From: Pavona decussata
Lineage: Eukaryota
Assembly (NCBI GenBank): GCA_977016875.1
Contig: CDRNST010000080.1
Coordinates: 4,278,001 to 4,342,000, forward strand
Reading direction: 5' to 3'
DNA: 64,000 nucleotides
Every line of letters begins with the position of its first letter. The stretch's first letter is position 1. The notes beneath the pieces were generated by a model. The model saw nothing but the letters and a program-made list of their open reading frames with translations. It searched no databases and had not been told where the DNA came from. A program made the position numbers and the translations under genes. Positions 38,367 to 51,241 of the stretch are shown one piece after another.

Positions 38367-40725
38367 CCCTACAAGACTTAGAAGTTAAAGTTTTGAAAAG
38401 GTCATGCATTTGATAGGACAAGGTCTTAATGAGCCTTTTAGAGTGTTGCCTTTTTCTCATGTCTAGCATTTTACATGAACCAAACTTAATTTTTCTCCAT
38501 AAAATTAAAAAAAATTTAAACTGAAAGTGATGCTGTTTGAGAAAGAATGCCATATTAAACTATGAATGTGCAACAACTTTACTGGCATACAGTGTAATAC
38601 TCATCAGGAAGGTTTTAGTTTATAGCCCTGTATCATTTTACTTTAAACACTTGGCTACCCAAGGGACAAAAGGTACCCTCCATGACACTCCCCTCTGTGA
38701 CAATAGCCACATCACTCATTGTTATCCATGCAGTATATGAGAGAATGAATACCTATTCCATTGATGTAGTTTTATTGCAGAGTAACACCAAAATTAAATG
38801 TGCATTTAATTGTTGCTGCTGTCCCTTTAGGCTCACAGGATTTTGAGCCTAAGTTTTAACTTTCAGTTTTCATGATTTTTCTGGTCCCCTCCGCGACAGC
38901 TTAAATAAAGGACCAAATCTTCCCACAAGTTGCAGGAATAATTTTGAAAAATATTGATAAGAAAGAGTCATAAGTAGTTTATCCTTTGAAAGTCCAGGGT
39001 GTGCAAAACTAAATTAGGTAAGGGAGTTATCTATGGCATTGTCTTTTAAGCTGTCCCCTCCACAACATGCTAAAAAACATGGAATTACCCTATAATAATA
39101 CTAATAATATGGTGCCACAGGTCACTGTGAAGTGCCAGGGCCACTCTGAATGACCCTTAGAAATAACAACAATTATGATTGGGTAGAATTTGAAAATAAT
39201 CTCTCTTGGTCCTACTATACAACAGATAACCAATGCCTAAATTGGAGAAGTTTGGATGTTATTTGGAAGACACGACGAGTAAATCCGAAAGTACGTGTCC
39301 TCATGATCTTAGGGCATGAACAAAATGGGGTCAAATGTTCACTCAGATCTTGAGGATAATTCCTGCAAAAAATTTTGACGCAGTTAGCAGTGATATTTAT
39401 TCAGAAGAAGAAGAATCAAGTCCAGAGGAAGGTGAAGAAGATTTCAGCAGAAAAGAAGATGTCAGCAATTCTGAACAACCAGAAAACAGAAGTCTTTGGA
39501 TTTGTGTTTATCTGCTGGAGGATTCGCATCCTGAAGATGATGTTACTTTTTCTGTTCAAAACCCTGGAGTTCGAAACATGCCGCCTTCCACTTCAACCTC
39601 TCTGATATATTTTCTCTTATTTCTCACACAAGAAATTCTGGCCAAGATTGTGCGAGAAACCAAATGCTATGCCAAAACCTTTTTCCACACGAACAGGGAC
39701 AATTTGTCACCTTAAAGCTGTGCGAGACGACGGGCAAGAGCCACTTTTGATGTTGCAAAACAAAAGAAATATCTTGGACTGACTTTATTGATGGGGCTTA
39801 TAAAGAAGAAGGATGCTAAAATGTACTGGTCCACCAAATTCTCATGCCTTTCAATGCCATATTTTCCCTCAGTCATGTCAAGAAACCTTTACCAGCTGAT
39901 TTCAAAGTTCTCGCACTGTAATAACAATACAAGCAAAGAAGTGCGGCGTGATTCTCTGAGGTATGACCCATTGCACAGTTTAGGTTGCTTTTGTATTTGC
40001 TAAATAGTTCTTGTAAATGCTATTACGTTCCAGAACGCCTACTTTCAATTGACAAAAGCCTAATTGGATTGAAAAATCGGACTGAACTGATTCAGTACAT
40101 ACACAACAAGCATCACCACAAGTGGGGTGTCAAGTTGTATGCTGTTACCAAATCACAGACCGGATACCAATTGCATACCACTGTTTACTGTGGAAAAAGG
40201 CATGCACCTGCAGCCTCTGAATTTGGCCATTCTAATGATGTGGTGTTTGATCTTCTTACCCAAGCAGGATTATTGAACAAGGGTTACTGCTTATTTGTGC
40301 ACAATTTAAACACCAGCCCAACCATAGCAGACCATCTGCTTTCCAAGGAACTCTTTGCTCCAACAGGAAGGGTGTTCCAGCAGTCTTCACGGCAGCATAG
40401 CCAAAGAAGAAAGAGTGTTTTTACTTTAGGAAAGGATTGATTCTTGCCTCTCCTGGAGGGAGAAGAAAACACAGAAAAACCCCTGCCTTCTCCTTAGTAC
40501 AGGCATCCCAGCTGGAATGGTGCAGCACAGGAAACGGTGTAGAACAGTCAAGGAACTACCTCATCCGGTGTCTACACACAACAAGCACATGTCACTGCAG
40601 AAAGGGCCTATCATAAATTTTGGAAGAAGTGTTTTTTTGCAATCATCAACCGAATGGCTTTCTGTGCATATCTCCTTTACGAGAAGAACACAGCGTGCGC
40701 ACCCAGAATTGTGGCACTTTTAGGG
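38367..40725 (+). mobile_element. piggyBac element, copy 2, 3' part of transposase deleted
   Basis: ataa|CCCTacaag putative 5' end; acidic N-terminus; YFLLFL..IVRETKCYA, SIDKS and KWGVKLY; same 3' end as copy 1. Confidence 0.8.
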
Positions 40726-41249
40726 TTTTAAATAAACATACTAATAAATGATCAAGTGCACATCAAAATAAAACTATAACTACCAATACTAACTAAACAC
40801 ACAACGAGCCGCAAGCCCTAAAATTTCTGTCCCGAAGTTAATTGAATTATACTTTTACCATTGACAGGTCGGTCAGAGGATTAAAGCGTCCGCTGGGGTG
40901 ATCATTTACACCTTCAGAATGAAAGAATGTCAAAAAGAAATTGACACCTCAAAGGATAATTGATAATTGCTTACGATAACAATGACACTTTACATGGTAC
41001 GCATCTGGTGTCAAAGGGATACATGACGTTTTCATTCTTGCTGTATGCATTTATAAATTCAGTGTATGATGACTTTTCAACCAGGCTCGAACATTTCTTT
41101 TTGTTTTTAACAAGCCTGCGAGGGAAGCGTTTTAACAATTTTGAAACCTTCTACAATAAAATATATTCAACTCTATTCTTCGCGTGCCGGTGCGACACAA
41201 TTCAGGACCATTCACACAGGAAGCAGAGGAGTCCTATTTGACCGACTGG

Positions 41250-41830
41250 CTGAAGATTTGCTTGTATATGTGTGGAACTACGCATTTAAACAGGACAGAT
41301 TTTCCAGACGATTTGAAACCAAACAGACCAGCAGTGAAAGCACTTTGTCATGGGGATCAATTTTTAGGCAGAAAGGGAACATTGTGACAATTGTCTGGAA
41401 AGACAAGAAGGCTGCATCTTTCATTAGCACGCAGTGTGATGTTAGAGGCGATGAAACAGTTCGCGAAAGCAGAAGGATGGAACGTACATCGAAGTTCCAA
41501 CGATCCCTGCCGTTACCCTTTACAACAAGTACATGGGGGAGTCGATCACAGGGACCAAATGTGCCAGTATTACGAGACCTCAAGGCAAGCAAAGAAGTGG
41601 TGGCGCTAACTGTTTTGCTTCTGCTTATAGGTGAATACTGTCAATGCCAATATTCTCATGCAGATCACCCAAAATCATCCAAATTTGACATAACTACAGT
41701 TCCGTATCGAACTGGTCAATGGGCTGACTGGAGAGTTCTCTTCGCGTCGACATACCATTCAACACGCGACTGTTCAGTCGGGGCACTGGCCAGTGAAAAT
41801 AACAAAAAGGGCAGACGCAAACAGTGCCTT
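41250..41830 (+). pseudogene. Second piggyBac-family transposase, C-terminal fragment
   Basis: CGTTHLNR..VWKDKKAASFIST..LYNKYMGGVDHRDQ..YY..KKWWR (across frameshifts). Confidence 0.8.
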
Positions 41831-42117
41831 AATGTTATCTGTGGAATTGTGCAAGATCCAGAAATGGGGCAGAAAATTGCATTTAATATGTGGCTAAATG
41901 TAATTTAGGCAAAGTTAAAATCGAGACAACTGCTGGTCAGCGGTGCCCGCATGGCTGGGACATGCAGGGCGGCCACCCTACTTTGCAGGGGCCCCTAGGT
42001 TCTTACAGCTCACACGTTTGTGCCAATTCATTTCGCATCTGTTCACTTGCCGGAGCTTGTGCTGTTTAAGTTTGTTGCTTCTTTTTCGTCCAGTTTTTCT
42101 CGTTTTACGTCTTTGTT

Positions 42118-43350
42118 ATGTCCCGAAACACTCACAATAGTTTACAGGCTCGGCTTTTCGCTGGCGACACGTCATCTACGGCGGATGGTTCGTCGAGTAT
42201 TCAATGTGAAAGTTCGCCTGCTGTTGAGACGTCTCTGCCTTCCACGTCAGCTAGTTTGACTTTGGCGGCTTCAGCGGCGCCCACTTTACCGCCCGAGATG
42301 ATTTCACTGATTACGCAAACGGTTCGAGCGGCCATGGCGGCCGAAAAACCTCCTGCATCCGAACAAGTGCAAGCGGTTCCGAGTGCTGTACCGCCCGCGA
42401 GTGCTGGGGGCGTTCCTGCCTCAAATTCCTTAGATGCTTCGGCTGCGAGTTTCATGGCATCGGGCAGTGCAATTCCTCTTGGACAGCTGTTACAAGGTAG
42501 GCCATCTTCTTGTGTTGTTGTCCCTTCATTTGTGCAAACGTTCGCTGCGCCCGTCATGTCGCTTACACCTTCGTTTACTCCGCCAAGCAATGTAATTCAA
42601 CAGGCTCCAGCGCTCACCACTCAACCCGCTTCGCTCCTGGATCAATCGTTCGTGGTCGGGCCGGGTTTTTCTCCCGTTCCAGCGAAGCTAGTGGCTCAGA
42701 TCGTGGGCGGCAAATACGTGGATTTAAGTGATCTCCTGGCCCCCAACCTGCAACAGTGAGAGCCCGAACCGCAACTTATGTTTGATGGCCGACTCGTTTT
42801 GACCTCGCAACCAAAACGGCAGCGCCGTCGCATCGAGGACATTGCCAGCTGGATGGAAGCGTTTTCCATCTTTTCACTCGTACTATCTTCCCACTTTCCC
42901 CACCGTTGGAAAGATTTAACTCAATACCAGCTCCTCATTTTGCGCACACATCGCCATTTTAGCGGTAAGGTGTGGCTGAACTATGACCGAGCGTTCCGTG
43001 AACATGCGGCCGCGACAAAGTTGACCGATTGGTCTTGCATAAATGTGCAGCTGTTTAACTTCCACGCAGCTGGCTCTTCGTCCCGCGGATCGTCATATGC
43101 CCAACCAGCTGAGGCTTCTGAGCCATCCGGTTCCGCCTTTTCAAGTACGCTGTGCAAGTCATGGAACAGGGGGCGGTGCACGGCTCCAGTCAACCCCTGT
43201 CGCTACGCGCATCGCTGCAGTCTGTGCTCAGGTTCTCACCGGGCTAACACGTGCCATGATAGCGCCGAGAAAGCTGATCGAGGGGATGCCAAGCGTCGCG
43301 GCAGCTCGCCCACCCCTAGCCATGCCTCAAGCAAGGCCTGGCGTGCCTAA
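42118..43350 (+). pseudogene. Ngaro gag-like ORF with one in-frame TGA (42757-42759)
   Basis: ORFs 42118 and 42778 are in the same frame; WLNYDRAFR and CKSWNRGRC..CRYAHRCSLCSGSH motifs. Confidence 0.85.
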
Positions 43351-43749
43351 TGTACTGTTGTAGCTTTGCAATTTTTTCTTGCCCCAGTTTTTTTTTTTCA
43401 CGCCGCTCTGCTTTATTAATTTCATCTCTCCAGTGGCAGGGGCCTTTTTGTTTGCCACCATGGCAGTTCACTTCGATTTTAGGTTACTTGCTTCGTATTG
43501 CTTGATTTTTCACCATCTCGTTAGCTACATGTGTCTCCTAATTGTATTTCGATAAAGCCAACATTCGCAACTGTGCATTTGGCCTTTAGGGCCTTTGTTG
43601 GGCATCTCTACTTCATTGTATAGGGTGATTGCCAATAAAAGTTTTTTATTTTTGGCTATTTTATCTGTATATACATATATTTTTCTCGTTGGGGCTACGT
43701 CTCCTAAGCATGTGCATTTTTTCCTTCCAGTGCCTTTGTGCTTCCCGCC

Positions 43750-44808
43750 TATCACGGTTATAAGTCCTTTGAATGCCTCAGAGTTTGCTCGGGAGTTGAC
43801 AGCTCACCCCCAGCCACAGCAGGTGTCTAATGTCCTCAATGGCCTCCGGAACGGCTTTAGACTCCGGTTCCAGCCCCTTCGGAAGCTGTCCTCTGCCCGA
43901 AAGAACAAACTTTCAGCGTTCCAGCACCCAAAAATTATAGATGACTACTTGGCCAATGAGGTTGCCTTTCATAGGGTAGCGGGCCCCTTTTCACATCCCC
44001 CCTTCCCTAATTTGCATATAAGCAGTTTTGGAGTTATCCCCAAGAAGGGCCAACCTGGGAAATGGCGCTTAATTGTGGACCTATCGTCTCCGAGCGGCAG
44101 TAGTGTTAACGATGGCACTGACCCGGAGGAATTTGCTATGCATCACGTTAAAGTGGATCAAATAATTCAAATGGCGGCTAAGTATGGCCCGGGAGCCACG
44201 ATGGCGAAATTTGACGTCGAGGCCGCTTATCGCAACATTGCTATCCACCCGGCTGATCGTTATTCCATCTAGATCTCCTTTGGTGGCACGAATTCCTTTC
44301 TGCTTGGCATGGAGTCAGCTTTTGGCTTTTCCCTGGGCTTTCAGCCGCTACGGACGTGGAAGTCACCTCGGACGCTGCTGGATCCCTCGGTTATGGGGCT
44401 TACCTTGGGGATGAGTGGTTCAGTGGCGCTTGGGGCCCATCCCAGGTCCCAGAGCCCATTGCGTACAAAGAGCTGTTTCCTGTAGTTGTCTCATCGTGCG
44501 TCTGGGGCCACCAATGGTTCAGGAAACACGTTCTGTTTCGGTCCGACAATGAGGCAGTGGTTTTCATCCTCCAGTCCAGGACCTCTAAGATCCCCGCGCT
44601 AATGCGGCTTTTGCGTAAGCTGCTGTCATCAGCGGCCCGTTTCAATTTTACCTTTACCTCGCAACATGTTCCCGGCATTCATAACCACATTGCTGACGCC
44701 CTTTCTCGCTATCGTTGGCAGGAGTTCAGACGATTAGCTCCACAGGCCTCGCCGTCTCCAGTTCCAATTCCGCAAAGCCTACTGGACGAATTGACCCTTC
44801 CAGCCTAG
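43750..44808 (+). pseudogene. Ngaro RT (catalytic core deleted) and RNase H
   Basis: SSFGVIPKK..KWRLIVDLS..AKFDVEAAYR ends ~44263 and jumps to LDLLWWHEFL; RNase H TSDAAG..ELFP..FRSDNEAVV..HVPG..IADALSR. Confidence 0.88.
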
Positions 44809-45755
44809 AAGACCAGTGCCGTGAGTTCCTGATTAAGGGCCTGGCTTCATCTACCCGAAACTCCTACGCTTCAGGACAGAGAAAGTTTTACGACTTCTGC
44901 CATCAGTTGGGCAAGATTCACTCATCTGGCTCTCCATGCCCAGCTGATGAGTGGACCCTGTGCTTGTTTGCCACGTTCCTGGCCAGGTCAGTACAGCACA
45001 CCACCATTAAGGTTTACCTATCTGCAGTGCGGTCCTTGCACATCCAACAAGGCTTTGCAGATCGTCTCCTCAACTGCCTGCGACTCCAACGGGTTTTGCG
45101 GGGAATCAAACGATCCCAAGGTGGCCCCTCCACTTCTCGGTTACCGATCACAGATCACATCATGCTGGTCATCTTTAAGTCGTTGGACCTGAGCATTTCA
45201 GACCACTGCATGTTTTGGGCCGCTTGCAATTTGGCCTGTTTTGGCTTTCTCCATTCTGCAGAGTTCACAGTTCCGAACCTTTCCAGTTTTTCTCTCGACA
45301 CCCATCTGGGGGTGCCCGATATCGCGTTTGACTCGGTGGTTGCTCCCACCTGCCTGAGGGTTAGGATAAAAGCGTCCAAGACCGACCCATTCCGCAAGGG
45401 GTGCTTTCTACACATTGGTCGAGGCTCCTATCCTTTGCGTGCCATCCAAGCATTGGTGGCGTACCTAGCTATCCGGGGAAGTGCACAGGGCCCCCTATTT
45501 TTACTTTGCGATGGTCGTCCCTTGTCATGGGTCCTTTTGACCGACTGGCCTTGCCGCATATTGTCATCCTCGGGAGTCCGAGGCAACTTTTCCAGCCACA
45601 GTTTCCGCATCGGTGCAGCCACGGTCGCAGCACGAAATGGGGTCCCGGATCATCTCGTTCAGGCTCTGGGCCGCTGGTCAAGCAATGCCTATCAATTGTA
45701 CATCAGAACTCCAACAGAGTCGTTAGCTACGCTATCTAAACAGCTCGCAAGTTAA
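44715..45755 (+). CDS. Ngaro tyrosine recombinase; ORF open but first catalytic Arg appears replaced by His
   Basis: FGFLHSAEF, SKTDPFRKG, HSFRIGAAT and GRWSSNAYQLYIR. Confidence 0.88.
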   Translation: MAGVQTISSTGLAVSSSNSAKPTGRIDPSSLEDQCREFLIKGLASSTRNSYASGQRKFYDFCHQLGKIHSSGSPCPADEWTLCLFATFLARSVQHTTIKVYLSAVRSLHIQQGFADRLLNCLRLQRVLRGIKRSQGGPSTSRLPITDHIMLVIFKSLDLSISDHCMFWAACNLACFGFLHSAEFTVPNLSSFSLDTHLGVPDIAFDSVVAPTCLRVRIKASKTDPFRKGCFLHIGRGSYPLRAIQALVAYLAIRGSAQGPLFLLCDGRPLSWVLLTDWPCRILSSSGVRGNFSSHSFRIGAATVAARNGVPDHLVQALGRWSSNAYQLYIRTPTESLATLSKQLAS

Positions 45756-47639
45756 GCGTCACCTGTGTTGTTCCCCTGGCCATCGGGTCATGTTCTTTAC
45801 GCCCCACGCCCCCACCCCCCTTCTGCCAGCAAGGGCGTGTGGTGGGGGTTTGACGGGCCCGCTTGCGCTTACCCTTCGTTCCTTGTAGCTGCCGTCTCTG
45901 CACTCAGGAGCCCTCCTTTGGGGGGTCCGTGGCTCAGTGCTGCCATCAACTGGACCTGCGGCACATGGCCTATTGGCGACAGGTTGTCGTTTTCTGAAAA
46001 TCCCTTTCCTCTACTGTTTGGTGCTTGTCATGGTTGTCCTGGCGGGTTCTGTCAGTAGTCAACAGTTGCGTTTCCGTTTTCCTGGAGTGGTATGTATGGC
46101 TTATTGTCTCTGCCTGTTACGCTTGTATGGCTTGGGGGGTCAGGTGCTTGGAAGAATTGGTGGGTTCAGGTCCCCCCTCTCCCTGTTCACGGGTCCTTCG
46201 CCCTCCAAGCGAGAGTGCAAGGTCTGGGTGGTTGCTGCTCACAGGGTTGCCATGGTTTCGCACCTCGCTTAGCTCACTTCACCTGTGGCACCACCGGTCT
46301 TTCAGGCACCAACCCCCAAGCTCATCCACTAACGATGAGTTTAAATGTGGCTAAATGTAATTTAGGCAAAGTTAAAATCGAGGCAAGTGCTGGTCAGCGG
46401 TGCCCGCATGGCTGGGACATGCGGGGCGGCCACCCTACTTTGCAGGGGTCCCTAGGTTCTTACAGCTCACACGTTTGTGCCAATTCATTTCGCATCTGTT
46501 CACTTGCCGGAGCTTGTGCTGTTTAAGTTTGTTGCTCCCAGTCCCTCCCACCCTTTGGTAAGTATGGTTTGTGGTGGGTGTGGTAAGTATTTTTATTTGT
46601 ATACTTTCTGTTTTATCTCCACTGATCTTTCAGTGTGACAGTGCCGGGTGGTTGCCGCTCACAGGGTTGCCATGGTTTCGCACCTCGCTTAGCTCACTTC
46701 ACCTGTGGCACCACCGGTCTTTCAGGCACCAACCCCCAAACTCATCCACTAACGATGAGTTTAATTTTAAGTTGCTTCATGCCACCGGGCCCTGAAAGGC
46801 AGTTTCTGGTTCAGGTCAAAATCTTTTGACCTTTCCATTTGGGTTTTCGCTGTGGTGCAGTTATCACGATCCTTACCTCTACTCCACTAGAGTGAGGAAA
46901 ATTTACTCTCCTGTGACTGGTCCCCGGGGGATAATTATCATCTAGAACATACGGTACTAGAACCTTTGAGCCTGTGAAAACATTGGCAAACCATTCCCTG
47001 TCACTGGTCAAGGTTTGTTGTTGGGAAGACAAATAACCTGTACTGTGAACTGTACGAAAATATGGCAATTCAACCCCCCAAGGCATTCTTATTTTAATTG
47101 CGAGCATTGAGTGCCTCCACCTCCTCCCCCCTTTCACTCTCCTCAAAGTCTTAGAGTACCGGTGCCGAATTGTTGCATCAACTACTCTTTGGATTACCCC
47201 AGACAGGTTTTTTTTTCTTTTTTTTTACACACCGAAGTCCTAAATGCAAGTTTTGTTGTTGTTGTTGGTTTCGGAAAACAGAAATGTTGAAAAAAGTCAA
47301 ATGGGTTTAGAAAATAATAATAAAATATTGATAATCAAATGATCCTAACACTTGTTGACCCGGACAAGTAGCAGTTAATATCGTTAGCTATAAACCGATA
47401 TTAACCAAAAGTTGACAATTGCGCCAGTTTTGAAATTTGCGCTGCATTTCGATCCAGTCTTATTGTAGTCATGATTGAAATGCTGTAACAAGTATACAGC
47501 ACGCGTCTAAATCCTGGGAAAGGCTGGTACGTCCTGAATGAGGATATTTGCAGGCCAGCTTTTCATAAATACCGCAAAAATTCTTTCTTCTGACTATTTC
47601 CAGACGAAGCACAGAAGGTGCCATACTGCAAACTTCGCA

Positions 47640-48267
47640 ATGAGAGTGGAAATGCTCTCGAGCTCTTCAACTTTAGGCCTTTGTGGGGCACTTATTCGCC
47701 AACGCGAATTAAACGACCAGAGCTACTTAACAAGTGACTCATTTAAAAGAATTGCAGTAGCCATTAACAATCATTGTGCCATCACTGGCCTCCCACGAAA
47801 TGGCGCAAGTTCTACACTGCATTACAACCCTTCAAAAGGAACTTGAGGAAGCCAAGGAAAAGGTCAAGGATCTTCAAAGTATTCTTGCTGACAAGTATCC
47901 AGCATCCAACCTTACCGACGAAAAATTGACTACATCGCCAAAACAAAAGAAGACAAGGCTTAGCAAAAAGGCGTGGGAAATTCTTCGTTCCCTGGAAGAT
48001 ATCTGTGGAAGGTACATTTGTGCACTCACGACCCCGCAAATCAGCCAAGTGAAGCTCGAGACATAATTTCTGAGATAGTCACCTCAGTCACCAAGAAAAA
48101 AAGGAGTGAAGTGAGGACTCCAAACCCTTGTCCCAGATGTTTCGCAACAATACGTGCATCAATTCCACGTCCCTGTCTAAGCTCTTCTTTACTTCAAACT
48201 TGAAGCCAAAATTCCCGATGAAGGATGGCAAACGATGATAAATCTGACGAAGCTGGGAAGAACAGGG
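47640..48267 (+). pseudogene. Degraded exon of an unidentified, probably transposase-like protein
   Basis: Coiled coil, KQKKTRLSKK, then LLYFKLEAKIPDEGWQTMINLTKLGRTG|gtaagt donor; frameshifts. Confidence 0.35.
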
Positions 48268-49698
48268 GTAAGTTAAAGTGAATTGTTCATTTTGCTACTA
48301 AATCGATTATTTAATATTTAACGCAGAGGGGGGGGGGGGTTAGCTCAATATGCTAGGAATAAAAAGACATTATGGGGCTGTGTGCTAAAAATTCTCAAAA
48401 GGCTTCCAGTGAAAGAGTACAGAATTAGACAATTTCATAGGGGTGGGGGTGGGGTTTTGTCAAATAGGAGGGGTAAACATGATTGGTTGTGCCTTATCAT
48501 ATTATAATTTTATTAGTCCTAACAAAGGTAATATCACTTACTTTTATTTCATGGCTTTCAGTGAAAATTAACAATATTAAACTCGTTTATATTCTACTCT
48601 TCTCCCCCACCCCACCTCCCTAACTACTGCCTCTTGTCTTTTAAGAAACAGAAATTCTGCCTTTTTAAGGTTAGATTATAAGATAATGAAAAACAGTTTT
48701 ACGTCAAATAACTAAATGTTATTCCTTTTATTAACAGAGAGATAGTGAAAAAAAAGATAGCAGAAAAACTAAAAGGGGACAACCTTGATTAAGGAAAGCA
48801 ACTTTTTCACATCAAAGATTTGCTGCAAAAAAATTGCTCCAGTTGCCTGCATTCGCATCAATATATTGTCAACTTTTATATCCTCTGCAAATAGGTTATA
48901 TCCCAATTTCTCGAAAAATATTCCAGCTTGTTTTGATCATAGTAAAAAGTTCATTTTTATGGAAAAATATAAATCGAAAATTCTACAACCTGAACATACA
49001 TGGTAACGTTAACTTGCTACTTGTCGACAAACCGGAGATTTTAAAATTTGTGATGTACCTTTGTTTCCACCGGCTGGGCCTGTGAAAGGGGGCTTGAACA
49101 GTGAGAGTGTGAGATACTGTAATTATAAACGTTCATTTACTAGCGGTCCCTTTAATTTGAGCTCCATGCATTACTGATGTCATGAAAGTTCCCAAGTAAA
49201 AGATAGCATCCCCATTACTCAGACGCAGATCCAGTACCAAGAGCTGCAATGGAATCCAAGAAAGAACTAAAGTGAGGACGTCGTGAACAAGAGTCAGAGG
49301 CTGGCGAAGATGGAGAACAGGCGAAGAAAAGGCATAATACTTACCACAAAAACTTAAGAAAAGCTCAAAAGAAAAGGCGAAAGGAAAGAAAGAAGATTGA
49401 GGCTGCTGGAAATAAGGGAAGGAAAGAAGATAAAACCGTCGTAGTCGGACAAAACTGAAGCACACAAACCGCATAACGACAGTAGTGTTGACAACAGAGC
49501 GGAGTGTAGGGATGCCAGGCAACAAGATTTCTCAAGAGGAAAACAAATGGTTTCTGCTGCACTCATAAGAAAGACAGAAGAAGGAAGAGACAATAAGCGA
49601 CTCAAAACAACAACGCAGGCAACTAAAGTATCAGGAAAGGGATACACAGCTCAGTCGAGTACCAGTGCCCTCAAAGACATCGACCCCGCTAATTTAAG

Positions 49699-50421
49699 GT
49701 GAGAGTTGGGAGCAAAGTTATCTTCGACACGTGCTTCCTTGCAAAGTACCAGGAAATTAAAGTGGTAGTTAAAGAGTACAAGAGTGCGGACAGTTCCACC
49801 AAAGGCAACAGCTTTGAAAGGCGTAGGAAAGAGGCTGCCCACGAGGCTCAGGTGATTCTGGAGCTGGGTGATCATCCAGGAATACCCCTTTTATTTGGGG
49901 CGAAATCTCAGCAACAGCCAGTCAGCATCATGCTGAAATTTCATGGGAACGGAAGCAAAAGCCTTACCCTCCTTAACGCAGCAAAGAAAAGAAAAATAGC
50001 AAAAGAGGATTGGAAGAAGATTTTTTGTGATGTTGCGGATGCCATGCAGCATATTCACCATTGTGGGTACATACAAAATGACCTGAAAAGCAATAATGTC
50101 GTCTTTGAGACAACTGAAAGTAGCCACCCGAAATCTGTAATCATCTACTTCAGAAAAAGTGTTTTGGCAGCAAAAGCGAAGAAGCCTAATGCAAAACCAC
50201 TCTGTATGGGAGTGCAATACAAGAACAGCTACATTGCGCCAGAGTTAATCAACGGTACATGCAAACCATCTGTAACTGATATTTTTTCCCTTTGTTTCTT
50301 GATCAAGTCAGTGTATGGGCTTTTGAAGTTTAATCTCCTACCAATTGTGTGGAATGCGCAAACTCAGCCTTCAGAAAGTCGACCCTCAATTGAAGTGACA
50401 ACGGACAATGGGAGACAATAA
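49699..50421 (+). pseudogene. Protein kinase relic
   Basis: VVVKEY, HEAQVI..HPGIPLLFG, QNDLKSNNV (HxD degenerate), YFRKS in place of DFG, YIAPE and DIFSL. Confidence 0.8.
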
Positions 50422-50446
50422 GCTGGAAACCAACTATTTTGAGCTG

Positions 50447-51241
50447 TGCCACGGATTTACAGAAAATTCCATCCAGAAAGTTTATCTTATGCCATTTGCA
50501 GTCACAAATGAAGTAAAAATAATAATGTTCCAGTATAAAGTTATTCATAACATGCTTCCAACCTGTGCTACACTTTATCGAGACGACATTTTAGAAAGCT
50601 CCATATGTAACTTATGCAACCCAGAAGAACAAATGTTGCACCACCTGCCAATAAATTGTACACTAACAATCGATTTCTGGATGCTGTTTCAAGACTGGTG
50701 GTACCAGAAAACAAATGAAACAATAGCATTATCCACAAGCCATATACTCTACACCTGGCATGATAGCGCAAAGCATTGGCAAGTCCTAAGTTATTGTTTA
50801 CTAATAGCCAAATATTGCATTTTTTGCACAAGCCTTCGCGGAGGTGTTTTAGATTTTCAAACCTTTCTTTTGTCCATTTCCAGAAAACTTGAAATTCTTA
50901 AAGGTTTGAGGTTTTAAGGTTTAAGGTTTTTAGTTGCTAAAAAAGCACTCCCGAATTTTCATCGCACGTGGAATCTTTTACTTTAATTTTATATGCTGCT
51001 GATGTTTATGATCAGATCATCTGTAATAAATTTTGCAAATGCTACTAATCAACCCTAAGTCAAGTAGTGATTGTATTGTAATGTATGTATTCTTACTAGT
51101 GCATGTATAAATTGTTTATGTATATTAAGTAGTGTAAGTTACAATTTCCGCAAGCATCAATGTAAGTGTAATATATGTATTACTACTGTGTGTAGTGTAA
51201 TGTAAAAGTTGTACCCTGTAAATAAAATTGCATTAAATAAA
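50447..51241 (+). mobile_element. 5'-truncated L1/Tx1-clade LINE (C-terminal Cys-rich end plus 3' UTR) with 15-bp TSD
   Basis: FQYKVIHNMLPT..CNLCN..HLPINC..FW; aataaa and A-rich tail; TSD aactattttgagctg at 50432-50446 and 51242-51256. Confidence 0.88.

Larger units (their letters stand above)
41888..46764 (+). mobile_element. Ngaro-type tyrosine-recombinase retrotransposon with split direct repeats A1-ORFs-B1-A2-B2
   Basis: A1 41888-42079 = A2 46345-46536 (192 bp); B1 46226-46344 = B2 46646-46764 (119 bp); gag, RT, RNase H and YR ORFs in order. Confidence 0.92.

Noticed and set aside
42757-42759. Programmed readthrough or selenocysteine in gag
   Set aside because: A CGA to TGA mutation is simpler given the other lesions; no supporting structure seen
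45765-46829. Extra ORFs after the recombinase
   Set aside because: GC-rich UTR and terminal repeats open in several frames, with no recognisable motifs
48770-49155. Complete Kolobok MITE
   Set aside because: The right end ggtccct|ttaa is suggestive, but the left end matches too poorly
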